Assembly: GCA_013239625.1 (NCBI GenBank)
Contig: MU054187.1
Location: forward strand, 4,785,757-4,849,756
Source of the DNA: Lama guanicoe
Lineage: Eukaryota
Length of the DNA stretch: 64,000 bases
Direction: 5' to 3'
A model generated the notes under the pieces. The model did no database searches. It worked only from the letters and a program-made list of their open reading frames with translations, and was not told where the DNA came from. Positions 25,484-36,752 of the stretch are shown here, piece by piece (within the stretch, counting starts at the first letter, position 1; each line of letters opens with the position of its first letter). The position numbers and the translations under genes were made by a program.

Positions 25484-25676
25484 TAGGGCTGCCATGGTTA
25501 GCAAGTAAAAATACAGGACGACTGGTTAATGTGAATTTCAAATAAAACTACAAAAAATTTTTAGTATAAGTATGTACCAAATATTGCATGGGACATACTT
25601 ACACTAAAAGATTACTCATTGGTTCATCTGAAATTCAAGTTCAACTGGGCATCCTGTATTTTATCTGACAACTCGA
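25484..25676. mobile_element. MER53 palindromic hAT MITE
   Basis: Ends tagggctgcca...tgacaactcga; nested inverted arms taaaaatacagga / tcctgtatttta and ttttagtataagtatgtacca / tgggacatacttacactaaaa. Confidence 0.9.
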
Positions 25677-27637
25677 GCTGGGTTTCTTCCTCTATTACGT
25701 CCTGCATGCAGTCCACCACACCAAGACCTGTCAATTCAACCTCCTACAAGCAACTGAAGTCCATCCGTTTTCTCCATGTCTTGGTCTAAGTCACCAACCT
25801 AAGAATCTCCTAACAGTCTCTCTGCTTCTCTTTTTGTAGAAACATCTCTTACTCTAAACGTATCAGCATCAACAAAGAGAAATAAATGCTAACTTCAAGT
25901 GTTTCCTTTCTGGGTCATCACTTGGTAGCAGGAGAAATCTAAAATCTCTAAAGCAGCACGAGAGGGACCCATGCACTCACAGCTCGGAAGAGGTGAGGCT
26001 TTCCACAGGTGACCTCTGAAACATTTCCAAGGAAAGTAACAGTTCTTTGGGGTGTGCTGGAGTCAGTGACCTTTATCCATCATTTTGCTACACGGTATTT
26101 ACTGCCACAAAGAGATAAGCTAGGGGGAAAAAAATCTGTGCAGCAATGGTAAGTTTGGGGCACAATAAAGTTGGTTTAAAATACTCTTGTCTTTCAGAAA
26201 AAAACCTAAGATTTAGAAAGAGACTGCTTGATTGTGAGACAGACTCCTGCCATTCAAATGGCTATTCTGTGGACACCGTCCTGGTATGTGTGCCCGTCAA
26301 TCCAAGTTTGCAAAGCTGTGGGGCAGAACATTAAAGACTCTGGGCAGTCAGATAAAAAGCGAGAGTCGGATAAAAATAACGTATGCGGCGCTGACTTTTT
26401 CAGACTACTGACGCTCAGGAGCAGTTGCTGCCTCCTGACTGCTGAATAAATATTTCGGCTGTGAGAGCTACAGCTATCTCCGAGTGCTGCTGGCCAGTCA
26501 CACTGTCTGATCAATAGAAACAGACGCGCAGGTGCAGACCTGAGGATCTGCGCGGCACTGCAGAACTGTGCAAGCTAACCAAACCAAGCCCGAATTACTG
26601 CCGTGGAAACAACTGGCCGATCTGAAGAAAACAGGTCCCCCTGTATATCAGAGGCCACAGAACTGTTACAAGTGACTCTTAGATCATAGACCGGGATGGC
26701 CATTCACGTGTTTCAATTCTTACAGCGTCGATCTGAACATTCATCTATTTAATACAGAATACCACGTCTTAATGCTGTTGCCACCGAACAAAGAAGCTAT
26801 TCAAGGTCTCTCCACATGAAACAAGCATCACAAACAAGTCAGAGCAGCCTCTACAAGCTTGAGTTACTTTACTTACGGTCCAGTTATTATTCAATAAACA
26901 AGCCTTTCTGTGGATAAAACCTCATCACACTACCAAAATCGTTCTTGGAAGCTCTATCCAAGATTTTTTTGGGTAAATATTATCTTCTCTACAGCAGGAA
27001 ATGAAAATTCAGACTATGGGGATCCTGGGAGAGGCCATTAGAGATTAGGAAGAGGTCTGAGTGTTTGCACCTGGGTCCAGTCAACCCCTGTAAAACAAGC
27101 GTGGATCTGCAAGAACACAGGCCTCAAGGTCTACACTTGCATGCCGTGTTTCCTCGTGGTTTTGCTCTCCACTGATCACACAACAGGACAGGCTAGCAGC
27201 TCTCTGAGGTAACTGACCCCCACAACCAAAATAGTATGTGTGAACTGAGTCATTCCCCAGTTCCTTTTGGCACCTGGGACCACAGGCCTGAGGACCAGCA
27301 AGTTGTTTCAGTCACTAGAAATGCATTCAAAGTATGCTTACAGCAAAAGTGAGCTTTCTTATAAGGGACTTCCCCTAGAGACGGAGGATCAGAAACTCTG
27401 AATCATACCCCAAATCCTCACCCGGAAGCCGGTGACAATGACTGTTCACCTTAGCGCTTAGGAATCCAAAGCCTTCAAACACACTTACAGTAGGGTCCAG
27501 AGCTCGGCAGAAAACGTCCAGGGGGACTGGCCCCCGGCTTTTCTCAGAATAAGGCCTTTCTCTGAGGCTCTCTCCCAGCCCAGGAGGGCAGGGAGCTGTA
27601 CACACATTTGCTTTAGGTCCGAAGTTGGCAGTAAAAA

Positions 27638-28065
27638 TGTTACCAAACAGCAAGTTCATGTGCCCAATGCACAGAGAAGCCAAACAATACCCAAATGCGG
27701 AGTTTGGAGCAGAGAAAGGTTTACTGTTGGGCCGAGAAAGGAGAATGCACGGCTCGTGTTGCCAAAACTCCAAACTCTCGGAAGGGTTGCAGCTGAGCCT
27801 TTTTAAAGGCCAGGGAGGGAGTGGGGTCCCAGAGTATGTGATCAGCTGTGGACACCTTGATGATCAATCCTTAGGCACCGGAAGGTCTGGGGGCCACGTG
27901 CTTATGATCATCAAATAGCTAATTTCTTCCTTTTGGTGGTGGTTTTGGCATCTGAAAAACTCAGGAAAGACAAAATCAACTAGGTACTTCAGTGAGGGAC
28001 TAAGGCAGAAGATATGGGGGAGCTGTCTGTCCCAGCAAGGGCCCGCAGGGTCCTGCTGAGTTACA
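27638..28065 (-). mobile_element. ERV1-class solo LTR in intron 1, sense to NSMAF
   Basis: TG...CA ends with imperfect inverted termini (tgttac / gttaca), 4-bp AAAA TSD, 428 bp; minus strand reads TTTAAAAA TATA-like box, then AGTAAA, then a U5-like end ...TTTGGTAACA. Confidence 0.82.
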
Positions 28066-28436
28066 AAAAAGCCGGGGTATGGGAGGCATCAGAGTCTAGT
28101 CCCAGGTGGGGTGGTCGCTGACCCGCGCAGTGCGGGCGAGTGAACAGCCATGCGGCAGGGGACCGAGTGCCCGGACCCAGCGCCGGGGACCCGGGGGGTC
28201 GGGGGGGCAACCTCGCTAGCTTACCCCGACTCCCACCGCCACGGCGTCCCCGCGCCCGGCCCGCGCGGCCCCTTCCGGGAGAGCTGGGCCGGGTCGCCGG
28301 GACGGACCCGCGTGGCCGGCGGGCTCCGCCTGCTCTGGGCTCCGCCGCGGGATCCAGGCGGCCCGGCTCCCGGCCCGGCCTCTGCCTCCGGGGCTGGTGC
28401 TCCCCGCGGCGGAGGGGCCCCGAGCCCGGCGCTCAC

Positions 28437-28495
28437 CTTTCCCTGGAGTAGAGCTGCAGCTGCTGCTCCCGCGGCTTCTTCCGGATAAACGCCAT
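28437..28495 (-). CDS. NSMAF: NSMAF coding exon 1 ([20 protein letters not shown])
   Basis: ATG at 28495-28493 in context cctccATGG inside a CpG island; 59 nt ending at donor AG|GTGAGC; translation matches the FAN N-terminus as I recall it (human [20 protein letters not shown]). Confidence 0.96.
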
Positions 28496-28562
28496 GGAGG
28501 GAGGCGGGGCGCGCGCGCGGGGACTCCGGCGGCGCCGTGACTCAGGCCGGAGGAGGGGCGCG

Positions 28563-28611
28563 CGGTCACCCGAGGCGCAGCCGCCCGGTCACCCGAGGCG
28601 CAGCCGCCCGG
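28563..28611 (+). repeat. Perfect 23-bp tandem duplication (CGGTCACCCGAGGCGCAGCCGCC x2)
   Basis: Copies at 28563-28585 and 28586-28608, followed by CGG. Confidence 0.95.
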
Positions 28612-28777
28612 CGCCCGCGGGCCGCCCGGGCTCTATCCCCGCGCGCCCCCGTTTCACCAGTTTGCGCGAGAAAACCAGCTCGCCCGTGAACCCTGCCACT
28701 CTGTTGGCCACAGCGGCTCGAAATAACATTTGGGGCCTTTCATCTGTTGGTAATTGAAATAATTAGTCGCATAGACT

Positions 28778-29460
28778 TTTTCTTAACAGCGTTATTGAGA
28801 TAGGCCAAGCAATCCACCCACTTAAAATGTATCATTCAGTAGTTTCTAATATCTTCACAAATATGTACAACTATCGCTAGGGTTTGGGAACATTTTCACC
28901 ACCTCGAAAAGAAACCCAGAGTCTTTAGTTACCACCCCACCCCAACCAATATCCTTCATTGTCAGCCCAGCAAGTCCTGCAACCCCTATTCTGGACTTTA
29001 CATATAAATGCAATCATACATTATATATCATTTGATGTCTGGTTTCTTTAATTTAGCTTGTTTTCAAGATTCATCCATATCTCAGTACTTCACTCCTTTT
29101 TGTAGCTAAGTTATATTCCATACTAGGGACATACCACATTTTGGTTATCCATTCAGCAGTTGATGGAAGTTCCAGCTGTTCACACCAGCTGGCTATTGTG
29201 AGTAGTAGTATGAACACTCATGGACAAGTTTTTGTTCAGACATACATTCTCATTTCTGTTGACTACATAACCCAGGAGTGGAATTGCAGGGTCATAGAGT
29301 AACTTTGTTTCACCGGTCGAGAAACTGCAGTCTGTTTTTCCAAAGTGGCTTCACCATTTTATATTTCCACTGGCAGTGTAGAAGGGCTCCAGTTCCTTCA
29401 CATCCTTGGCAACACTTGTTATGCTCTGACTTTTTGGTTCGAGCTGTTCCAGTGGGCGTG
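28778..29460 (-). mobile_element. L1 (L1MB-like) 3' end
   Basis: Antisense L1 3'UTR and ORF2 end (aacagcgttattgagata...; ttccaaagtggcttcaccattttatatttccactggcagtgta). Confidence 0.85.
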
Positions 29461-30076
29461 AGAACCACAAGGTGTGTGAACCTCCTTATGGTTCTGCCTC
29501 CTTAATATATCCTAAGAATGAACCTGGGATTGTTCACTTTTGAGGGACTCCTGACTAACAAACTTTAAGTTGTATATATGCTGGCACATACCTAATATTG
29601 TCTTATAGACCGGGTTCTGCAGGGTTAGATTTTTAAAAGCTTCAAGGTCAATGTGTATTTCAGCTCTCTAGTATGTAGAAAAAAAGTGTTACATATACAG
29701 TGGGCACCCAATACAATTTTTTGCATTGAATAAATGTGGATGGATACCCTATGACTTGGGTTGAGTATATTCCTTATGACCAAGCCCCACACAGAACGTA
29801 TATGTAAAAGGATGTTGGAGACATTAGCCCAATGTTCCTATGGGAAAATGGTGATGAGGTCAGATAGCCAAGACAACCATGAGCAGGTAAACGATGAAGT
29901 AAGATAATAAAATTTGCCAAGAGGTACACCATGACAACTCTCTATATGATAAGTACTACAATAGATGCTCTGAGTTCAGAAGAGAGAAATTGCTTTGGCT
30001 GGAATAAGGCCAGAAAACAACACGCAAGATTTCTTCTTTTAGTTTAAATGTTGCATAAAAATGTGTTATAGCTCCG

Positions 30077-30545
30077 TGTTACAGCAATTTGGATCAGGGC
30101 GAGAGACCAAGCAGCACCTGGAGACTTCGAGAACTCAGATTTATTGCACCAGCAGACCCAAACAAGTTAACGCTTCAAGCTCGGGACGCCGTCTGTAGGT
30201 TTACACAGGCCTTTATAGGCTGCCAGTTTTACACTTTGCAACATCATATGCAAATAAAGTATAACAGAAGTTGACCAACCAGGAACAAGCTCTGTAGAAA
30301 TAGACCAATCAGGAGTGAGGAGAATGGACCAATCAGGAGTGAGAGAAATAACCAATCAGGAGTGAAGGAAATAACCAATCGGAAGTGAGCTCAAGGAACC
30401 AATAGAATTTTAGGGGTAAGTAAGCCGTTTCAGAGGCAAAAACTGAGAGAGAGGCTCTGGGCCAGGGAACCGGATGGTCCCGGCAGGAGAGTGGTGGCCC
30501 TGATTGGGGGCCCTGCCGGGTTTTTTTATGGGGCTTCCCGCCTTA
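30077..30545 (-). mobile_element. ERV solo LTR with a CCAAT tandem array, oriented toward NSMAF
   Basis: Minus strand order: five ATTGG/CCAAT units, octamer (30248-30255), TATAAA (30217-30212), AATAAA (30145-30140), terminal ...TGTAACA. Right boundary approximate; no TSD resolved. Confidence 0.8.
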
Positions 30546-31239
30546 AAAGGTTACAGATGATGTGATCCTGTGACTCAGAATGAATACCCTGTGTCAGGCA
30601 ATGGCTTAAGAAGTGTGGGCTACAAATGATAGCAGAAGCAAATAGGTGAGAAATGGGAGGGTGGGTGGGGAAAACTGTAGTTTTGGGTCCTGAATATATG
30701 CTTCAATGGCTTTGGGCTACTGCCCACTTCTGACTTCTCCAGGATTCAGAAGCCTGAAAGGGATGCTCTTACTGGGAGTATAAACATGCTTGTCCACACA
30801 CCTCAGCCTTTGCACGGCAGTCTGGACTCGGTAATTTCCCTGTCCTCCGACTTCCCGTTCATGATGCAGGTCAGATTTCACTTCCTCCTCGAGGCATCCC
30901 CAATGACTGTTTTTACCTACTCACACCCTAAGTGAAACAGAGTAGACACTGCATACCCAGCGTCCTCACAGTTTCCTGCTCAGAGTCTATTTTTAGATCA
31001 CAGGATAACATAATGACTTGTTTACGTTCCTGTTTACATTCCTCTGATAACAGCCCCTCAGGACAGAGATTCTATTTCTCATTTCTGGGTGATCTGACTG
31101 TGCCCAGTCTTTTCATACGGGTCCTTTCCCAGCTGTGGTCAGACGGAGATGTGACCACGGAAAAGAGAACCGGAGAGAACGGCAGTGGGAGGACTCTTAT
31201 TTATGTTACCAGGCAGTGGGTTTATTATTCTCATGTAAA

Positions 31240-31368
31240 ATATGTTTAAAACTTCTTGCTATTAATTTCTAACATGGCACATATCAGTAGATACCACCCC
31301 ACATAAACAAAAATTCTCAATAATTTTTAAGTGTAATGGGTTTGGGAGAGGACGTTTGAGAACTACTG
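31240..31368 (+). mobile_element. hAT-Charlie MITE 3' fragment
   Basis: acccacataaacaaaaattctcaataatttttaagtgt...gtttgagaactactg terminus. Confidence 0.55.
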
Positions 31369-32598
31369 AACAAACAAAGCCATCGGGACGTTCTAAAATC
31401 TGGCACCTTCTGACAGAAAGCTTGCAAAAATTGTTCACCAGAAATGTCTTGTTTATTTTACACAGCTGTCGTTTCAGGAAGGGTTAAAAATATCAAGGTT
31501 CTAAGAATAGTTCCAGTTATCCACAGGACTGCTAAGATTTCTGGTTGTTGCGATAAACTGAATTGTAAATGAGTTACTTTAATATAAAGGAGAGTTTCTT
31601 ATCCTGTAAGTAATAAAAAGTGCAGAAGTATGAAAGACATTTTGATCCTTTGCTACAAAAGAAAATGGTACTTTATTAAAAGAAAAGACAAAAGAATGAA
31701 TGGAAATTGACACCAGGAGGTAAGCCTTTGGGGACCATTCTAGAGAAAATAGCCACTAAGAAAATTTGTGATAAACAGGATTACAGACCATGAAAAGACT
31801 GTAATTTTTAACTCAGCTGAACCACTATTTGAAACAAGGATAATATGTCAGCTAAAACAAAACCTCAAGTTTAAGAGACATTCTTTATCCCTGGAGTTTT
31901 TATGAAGTACACCGTTGGCGTAAATAACCGGAGGAAACGTGTTTTTCATCCATACAATTTCTCACCTGCCATGTTGCAGACGAGCTGGGTTCTGGTCATG
32001 GCCATGGCAACAAACACCAGCTCTCGAACCGGATGGTTCGGATGGTTCACATGTGGAGAACATATGGGAATTTATTCTATGTAATTTAATTTTTCCCTCT
32101 CTACCAACAGGAAAAATGTCTCAGATAGTTTCCAGAGTAAATGATCATGTTCCCATGAGTACGATTCTAGGGGTACAGTATTTTAATGCTGGTTAACTGA
32201 ACCAGTGATCCCCTCAACACACAGGCTCCACTAGCTACACGCAGGAGCTTGGCGAACTGGAACGTAGCAGTGGCCCGTTGCTACACACGGTTCAGCAACA
32301 AGGATAACGGCTTGATGGTGGTCCAGATGGACGATGATGCTACAACTTACCGATGCTGCTGTACCACTGGCCATTCTTTTTACTACTCATTCACTTAAGG
32401 CCTGTCACAGCACATCAACTGTCTCATTACTTAGCAGCTTAGGAAAAATATAAAAGCTTTCTTTCTTTTTTTTTTTATCGGATTAGGAGTCTATTCTCTC
32501 TGAATGAGAAGCTATAGAAGAAAAACCATATAATTTCATAATGATTGCATCGTAACAATTGTTATAGTGTTGAGTCACAGTTAATTTTAGGACGCAAA

Positions 32599-33050
32599 TG
32601 TAGAAGGTGTTTGTGGGAGTTTTTTGGCAACCAGCATCCCTTGCCTCTTTCCCACAGAAGACTAATTTTCTTTTGAGGACTTTTATCTCCCACTGACTTT
32701 AATATGGTGGAACTTCTTGTTGGTCCGATGTTTACGCCTCACCAAGCTAACAGCTGGGTACATAACCCACACTCGATGTTCCTTCCATGCAATTCAAGTC
32801 TTGAGTAGAGCGATGGAAACTGAGGACGGCTGGAGATTTATTCTAGAGGCACAAACCAGGAAAAGCACTTGATTCCTGCTGCTCCTGTTCGCTAGTCCCT
32901 GGGGCTACCTGGGCCCCGGCCCCTAAAAACCCCACTGCCCCAGCCCCCTCGTTGATTCTCTGTCTTCTCGCATCTGATGAGAAAACCTCCTCTTTGTTTT
33001 GTCTGAACATCCAGTTTTTGGCTTGCAACCAGAGAACCCCAATGTAAACA
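32599..33050 (+). mobile_element. Old MaLR (MLT1-type) LTR
   Basis: Ends gcttgcaaccagagaaccccaatgtaaaca, a typical MLT1 3' end. Confidence 0.55.
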
Positions 33051-33249
33051 AGTGTCCATGCATGTGTTACTGCATTTAAATCTGCTCAAAGGACCTATAA
33101 TTTTAATTTCATGCAACCTAGAGAGCATGAGCCTTAGCCGTGTACAAGAGAGTGCTGGCATAAATACCCCAGAGGTCAGTCAAGTTGGCCACCTCAAGTG
33201 TCCAGAAGAACACAGGACTGAATTCAAGGATCACCGTAAAATACTCTGC

Positions 33250-33710
33250 ACCAGGCATTGTGCTGACCTCTAGGCCAGGCAATGAAAATATGGAGAAAAG
33301 ACTAAAATGGTTGCTTGTCTTCAAAAAATGTATAATCTAGCAGAGCAAATCGACACGTACACAATTAAATAGACCAACGCTGTACGTGCTACCACAGACA
33401 TCTGAACAAAGGACCGTGGGTGCCCAGCAGAAGCAGCAATTTCCTTCCGCCAAGTCGTTCCAGAAGGAGTTAGACTTTAAGACAAATCAGGTGTCTCCAA
33501 CCAGAGAGGGAGAGGAAGGTAACTCGGGGAGATTAAAAAGAGCTCATGTGGCCTGTTTGGGGAAGAGGGAGCTGGCGATGGTTAGGATGCAGAGAGCAGG
33601 AGGCGGGGTGCCAGCTGGTGGGCGCTGTGCGGGAGGGAGGAGGAATTTAGGTTTGAGGCACTTGACTGTGGAGAGCCCGGACCCAGGTTTGGATTGGAAA
33701 GGAGTCAAGT
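33250..33710 (-). mobile_element. L2 remnant
   Basis: ctctgcaccaggcattgtgct...tataatctagcagag... antisense L2 3' signature. Confidence 0.5.
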
Positions 33711-33919
33711 GAATGATTGAGCCTATATTCAAAAAAATGAAAAAAAAAAAGAAAGAAAGAAAGAAAGAGAACTCATGGAAAGATGGAGGCCAGGAAGAAA
33801 GGAGACAAAAATCAGTACAGAAGATACCAGAGCAGGTGATGCTATCAGTAAAGATACAAAACACAGGATGGTGTGCTAGTTCTGGGGGAAGGAGATGATC
33901 GTGATTAGGACGGGAAAAT

Positions 33920-34488
33920 ATTACTAGCCGCAGAAAACTTCCGAGCTACTGAAATCAAGTCCCCTAGAACTAAGTTCCTTTACTGAGTTTAAGATTAATC
34001 TCTCTGTCCAAAGCTTCATTCCCTTTCTTGTCCCCTTGACCTCAATCCTGTGCTAACTGAGCACTGGTCAGCAGACTCAGCCGACTGCAACCACGCTATC
34101 GACACCATCTCTGAAGCAGGAAAACTGCTGTTGCAGGTTTCATCACTGACGGACCGACTCAGGTTGCTCCTCCGGGGCAAGGTGAGCTCACAGGTCCCCA
34201 GGCCATGGACCACCTGGCCAAAGAATCGTAAACCAGAGACACCCTGGAGCCCTGACACTACCATTAAGAAACGTCACGGAAATGTCACAAGACGACGATG
34301 AACCCCAGCTTCTTTGTTCTCCTTTAAACAACACCCCTGACTGAAAGACCAAGTTGGAAAGGGTCTGAGACTTGCCTCCAACTCCCTTGCTTGGGGTCCT
34401 GCAGGTGAGCTCTCACTTGGCTGCAAACACCTGCTGTCAGAGGTTGGCTCTCTGTGCCGCAGGCAGCGAGCCCTTCCTCACGTATAGC
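33920..34488 (+). mobile_element. ERV1-class LTR (old)
   Basis: cctttaaac TATA-like box followed by a U5-like end gctgcaaacacctgctgtcagaggttggctctctgtgccgcaggcagcgagccc...tagca. Confidence 0.55.
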
Positions 34489-34834
34489 ACTAGCTGGAGC
34501 ACAAGCACAGGACGGGAGGCAGCTGGGGTGACCCGACTGTCCTGGGTGGCAGCTAGGAGACAGCCTGAGGTTGTTCGGGAACCCCTCTTGCCCGTCTCCA
34601 GTGTGGTGTGTTGTCTGGGCAGTAGGGACATAGTTTCGCTGCCACGCCTAGGATGGAGCCCAAGGTCTAGCAGGCGCAGAGCTGACATTTGTTGAATGAA
34701 TACGTTACCCAGGTCTTGAATCTCTCCCTCCTCCTCTCTTCCCTTAGGTGAGCTGCACATAACTCTAGGTCACGTGGGCCACAGGTGCCCCACTGCCTAT
34801 TTTTATGCTGGTTCCAGTTTCTTGGTTTTTTTCT

Positions 34835-35056
34835 TTTTTAAAAAAATTGAATTATAGTTGATTTACAATGTTCTGTTAATTTCTAGGGTACAGCATAGTG
34901 ATTCAGTTATACATGTGTATATATATGTATGTACTCCTTTTCATACTCTTTTTTTAATTACAGGCTATTATAAGGTATTGAATACAGTTCCCTGTGCTCT
35001 ACAGTAGGACCTTGTTTACCTGTTTTATATATAGTGGTTAGTATCTGCAAATTCCA
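34835..35056 (-). mobile_element. Camelid/artiodactyl L1 3' tail
   Basis: ttgaattatagttgatttacaatgtt...tacagttccctgtgctctacagtaggac. Confidence 0.85.
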
Positions 35057-35959
35057 GTTTCTTGATTTTAAATTTTGGTAGAGTTATACGTGAACAGTTG
35101 ATAATTACATAATTACCTGCATTTTGCTTCCATTACGGTTTTTGGTTGATACTCATGGACACACCAAAGGTGCAGAAGAGGAGTGAACAGTTATCTGGGG
35201 CCGACTGGGCTCCTGCTGGTCCGTGTGAGCCACCTGGGTAAAAATAAACGTGGAGGACACATCCCACCTACAGACTGGGTGCCGGGTTCTGGGAACCAGA
35301 GTAAAACGCTGTTTTGTGGCACTGGTGTCTCCAGCAACTTGGGCTTTGTCTCTTTACTCATAAATAGATTTTTCCCATGAAAAATGAACAAAGAGATTTC
35401 TATCTCCCTGCTGCTCAAGCTTACCACTGTGAAAATTAAACCATCAAAAGTGTACGGTTTCAGGAAAATTTTTTTCATCCACAGATTTCATCATCCAACA
35501 GATGCTAGAAGATGACGTTCTTTGAATGGAAATAATTTCCAGAAGGTTTTCTTGTCAGTGACTAAGTAGTCACGCCATTTGTACGGTTGGTGATGTTTCA
35601 GCCTTTGCCTCATGCATCAGACCTGTTCTTACATAAATGACATATGTGGATACATATAAATACACATACGTAACAAGGATAGTTCAGACTGGGGGGTTTT
35701 GCAGGGTTGTTTTGGAGTAAATGGAAGTAGATATACGTTGACATTTGTAGATGAGAGCGTCAAAGTCTGAACGGGGAGGACCGAGTCCTGAACAGCCACG
35801 TTCACCTTAAATCCACTTGGCCGTTGCCTCGGGTGTGGTTAGTGCGCACGGCTCCTCCGGACTCTGGGGTTGGACGAGGCTCCTGTTTGCAGGGAGCCCA
35901 CATTCAGCAGGGGAGGCAGAGATGAAATAGCCAAGGATGTAGTGAATTGTTTCTTTACA

Positions 35960-36720
35960 ACCGCAGCCACTGCCGCCAGGATCAAGCGCGCAGCCCCGTG
36001 AGACCACGCTGCCTGGCTTGAGCCGTCTGCGCGCACGTGGCACTCACACTCCCAGGGGAGCGGCTGGGGGTGCGGCGGGGGGCCCTTCCCGGGGAAACGC
36101 TGCCGGTCTCAGCTGTCCTGTAGGTGAGGGAGGAGCCTGGGGCAGGACGGAGCCTGGCGCGAGCACAGATCAGGGACTCAGGCGGGTCGCAGGAGGCCGG
36201 GGCCTCCCGCGCCTAAGCGCCTCGGGATAGGGCCTGACTTCGCCGCCGGGTGACGCTGCCGGCGCGGTCACGGTGACCGTGGGTGCGTAGCGCGCTGGTT
36301 ATTTACGTGCACACTTGAAAACGTCCCGTGGCGTCTGATTCCCCGCTTTATCTGCTCGGGGTTTCCTTCCTGTCAGGAGCACCTGGGATCTCCGCGGCTC
36401 GGGCCGCTCTCACCCGGGAAAGCCGGGGCGGGGTGGGGGGCCCAGGGCAGCCCCGGAGGGCTCGGTCCGCGCCTGAGAAGCGCTGTGCCCCCTTTCCACG
36501 TTGATCACCTCCTTCCACTTTTCAGCAGCGCCTGGCAAGGAGGGCACTTCTGGCTCTATTTCACACGCGGGGAAACCACGGCCGAGAAGAGGCCGAGTAA
36601 CTTGCCCCGGTCACACCGCTAGGAGGGGCGAAGCTGGCACCTTCACACGGGCGTAACGCTCAAACTCCAGCCCTCTCTGCTGGCCCGTAGCCACCCCGCG
36701 GCTGCCCCGCCGAATCTTTA
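35960..36720. other. Orphan CpG island / GC peak about 7.5 kb upstream of NSMAF
   Basis: Dense CpG with no supported coding exon; partly built on a MIR. Confidence 0.75.
36481..36700 (-). mobile_element. MIR SINE, CpG-enriched
   Basis: ctatttcacacgcggggaaaccacggccgagaagaggccgagtaacttgccccggtcacaccgctagg parallels the MIR core ccattttacagatgaggaaactgaggctcagagaggttaagtgacttgcccaaggtcacacagctagt. Confidence 0.75.
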
Positions 36721-36752
36721 AGGAGTTCGGGCAACCCTGCAAAGGAGGGGAG

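Larger units (their letters stand above)
28100..28720 (-). promoter_or_regulatory. NSMAF CpG-island promoter, 5'UTR and start of intron 1
   Basis: Very GC- and CpG-dense around exon 1; GC-box-like GGCGGGGC at about 28503-28510, AP-1 TGACTCA at 28538-28544, E2F-like TTTGCGCGAGAAAA at 28661-28674; no TATA box seen. Confidence 0.88.

Noticed and set aside
30300..30405. CRISPR-like repeat-spacer array
   Set aside because: The 23-24 bp units have no unique spacers, sit in an LTR U3, and the context is eukaryotic with no cas genes.
32345..32353. Isolated strong minus-strand donor (TCG|GTAAGT) upstream of NSMAF
   Set aside because: No matching acceptor, promoter or ORF identified; such 9-mers occur by chance.
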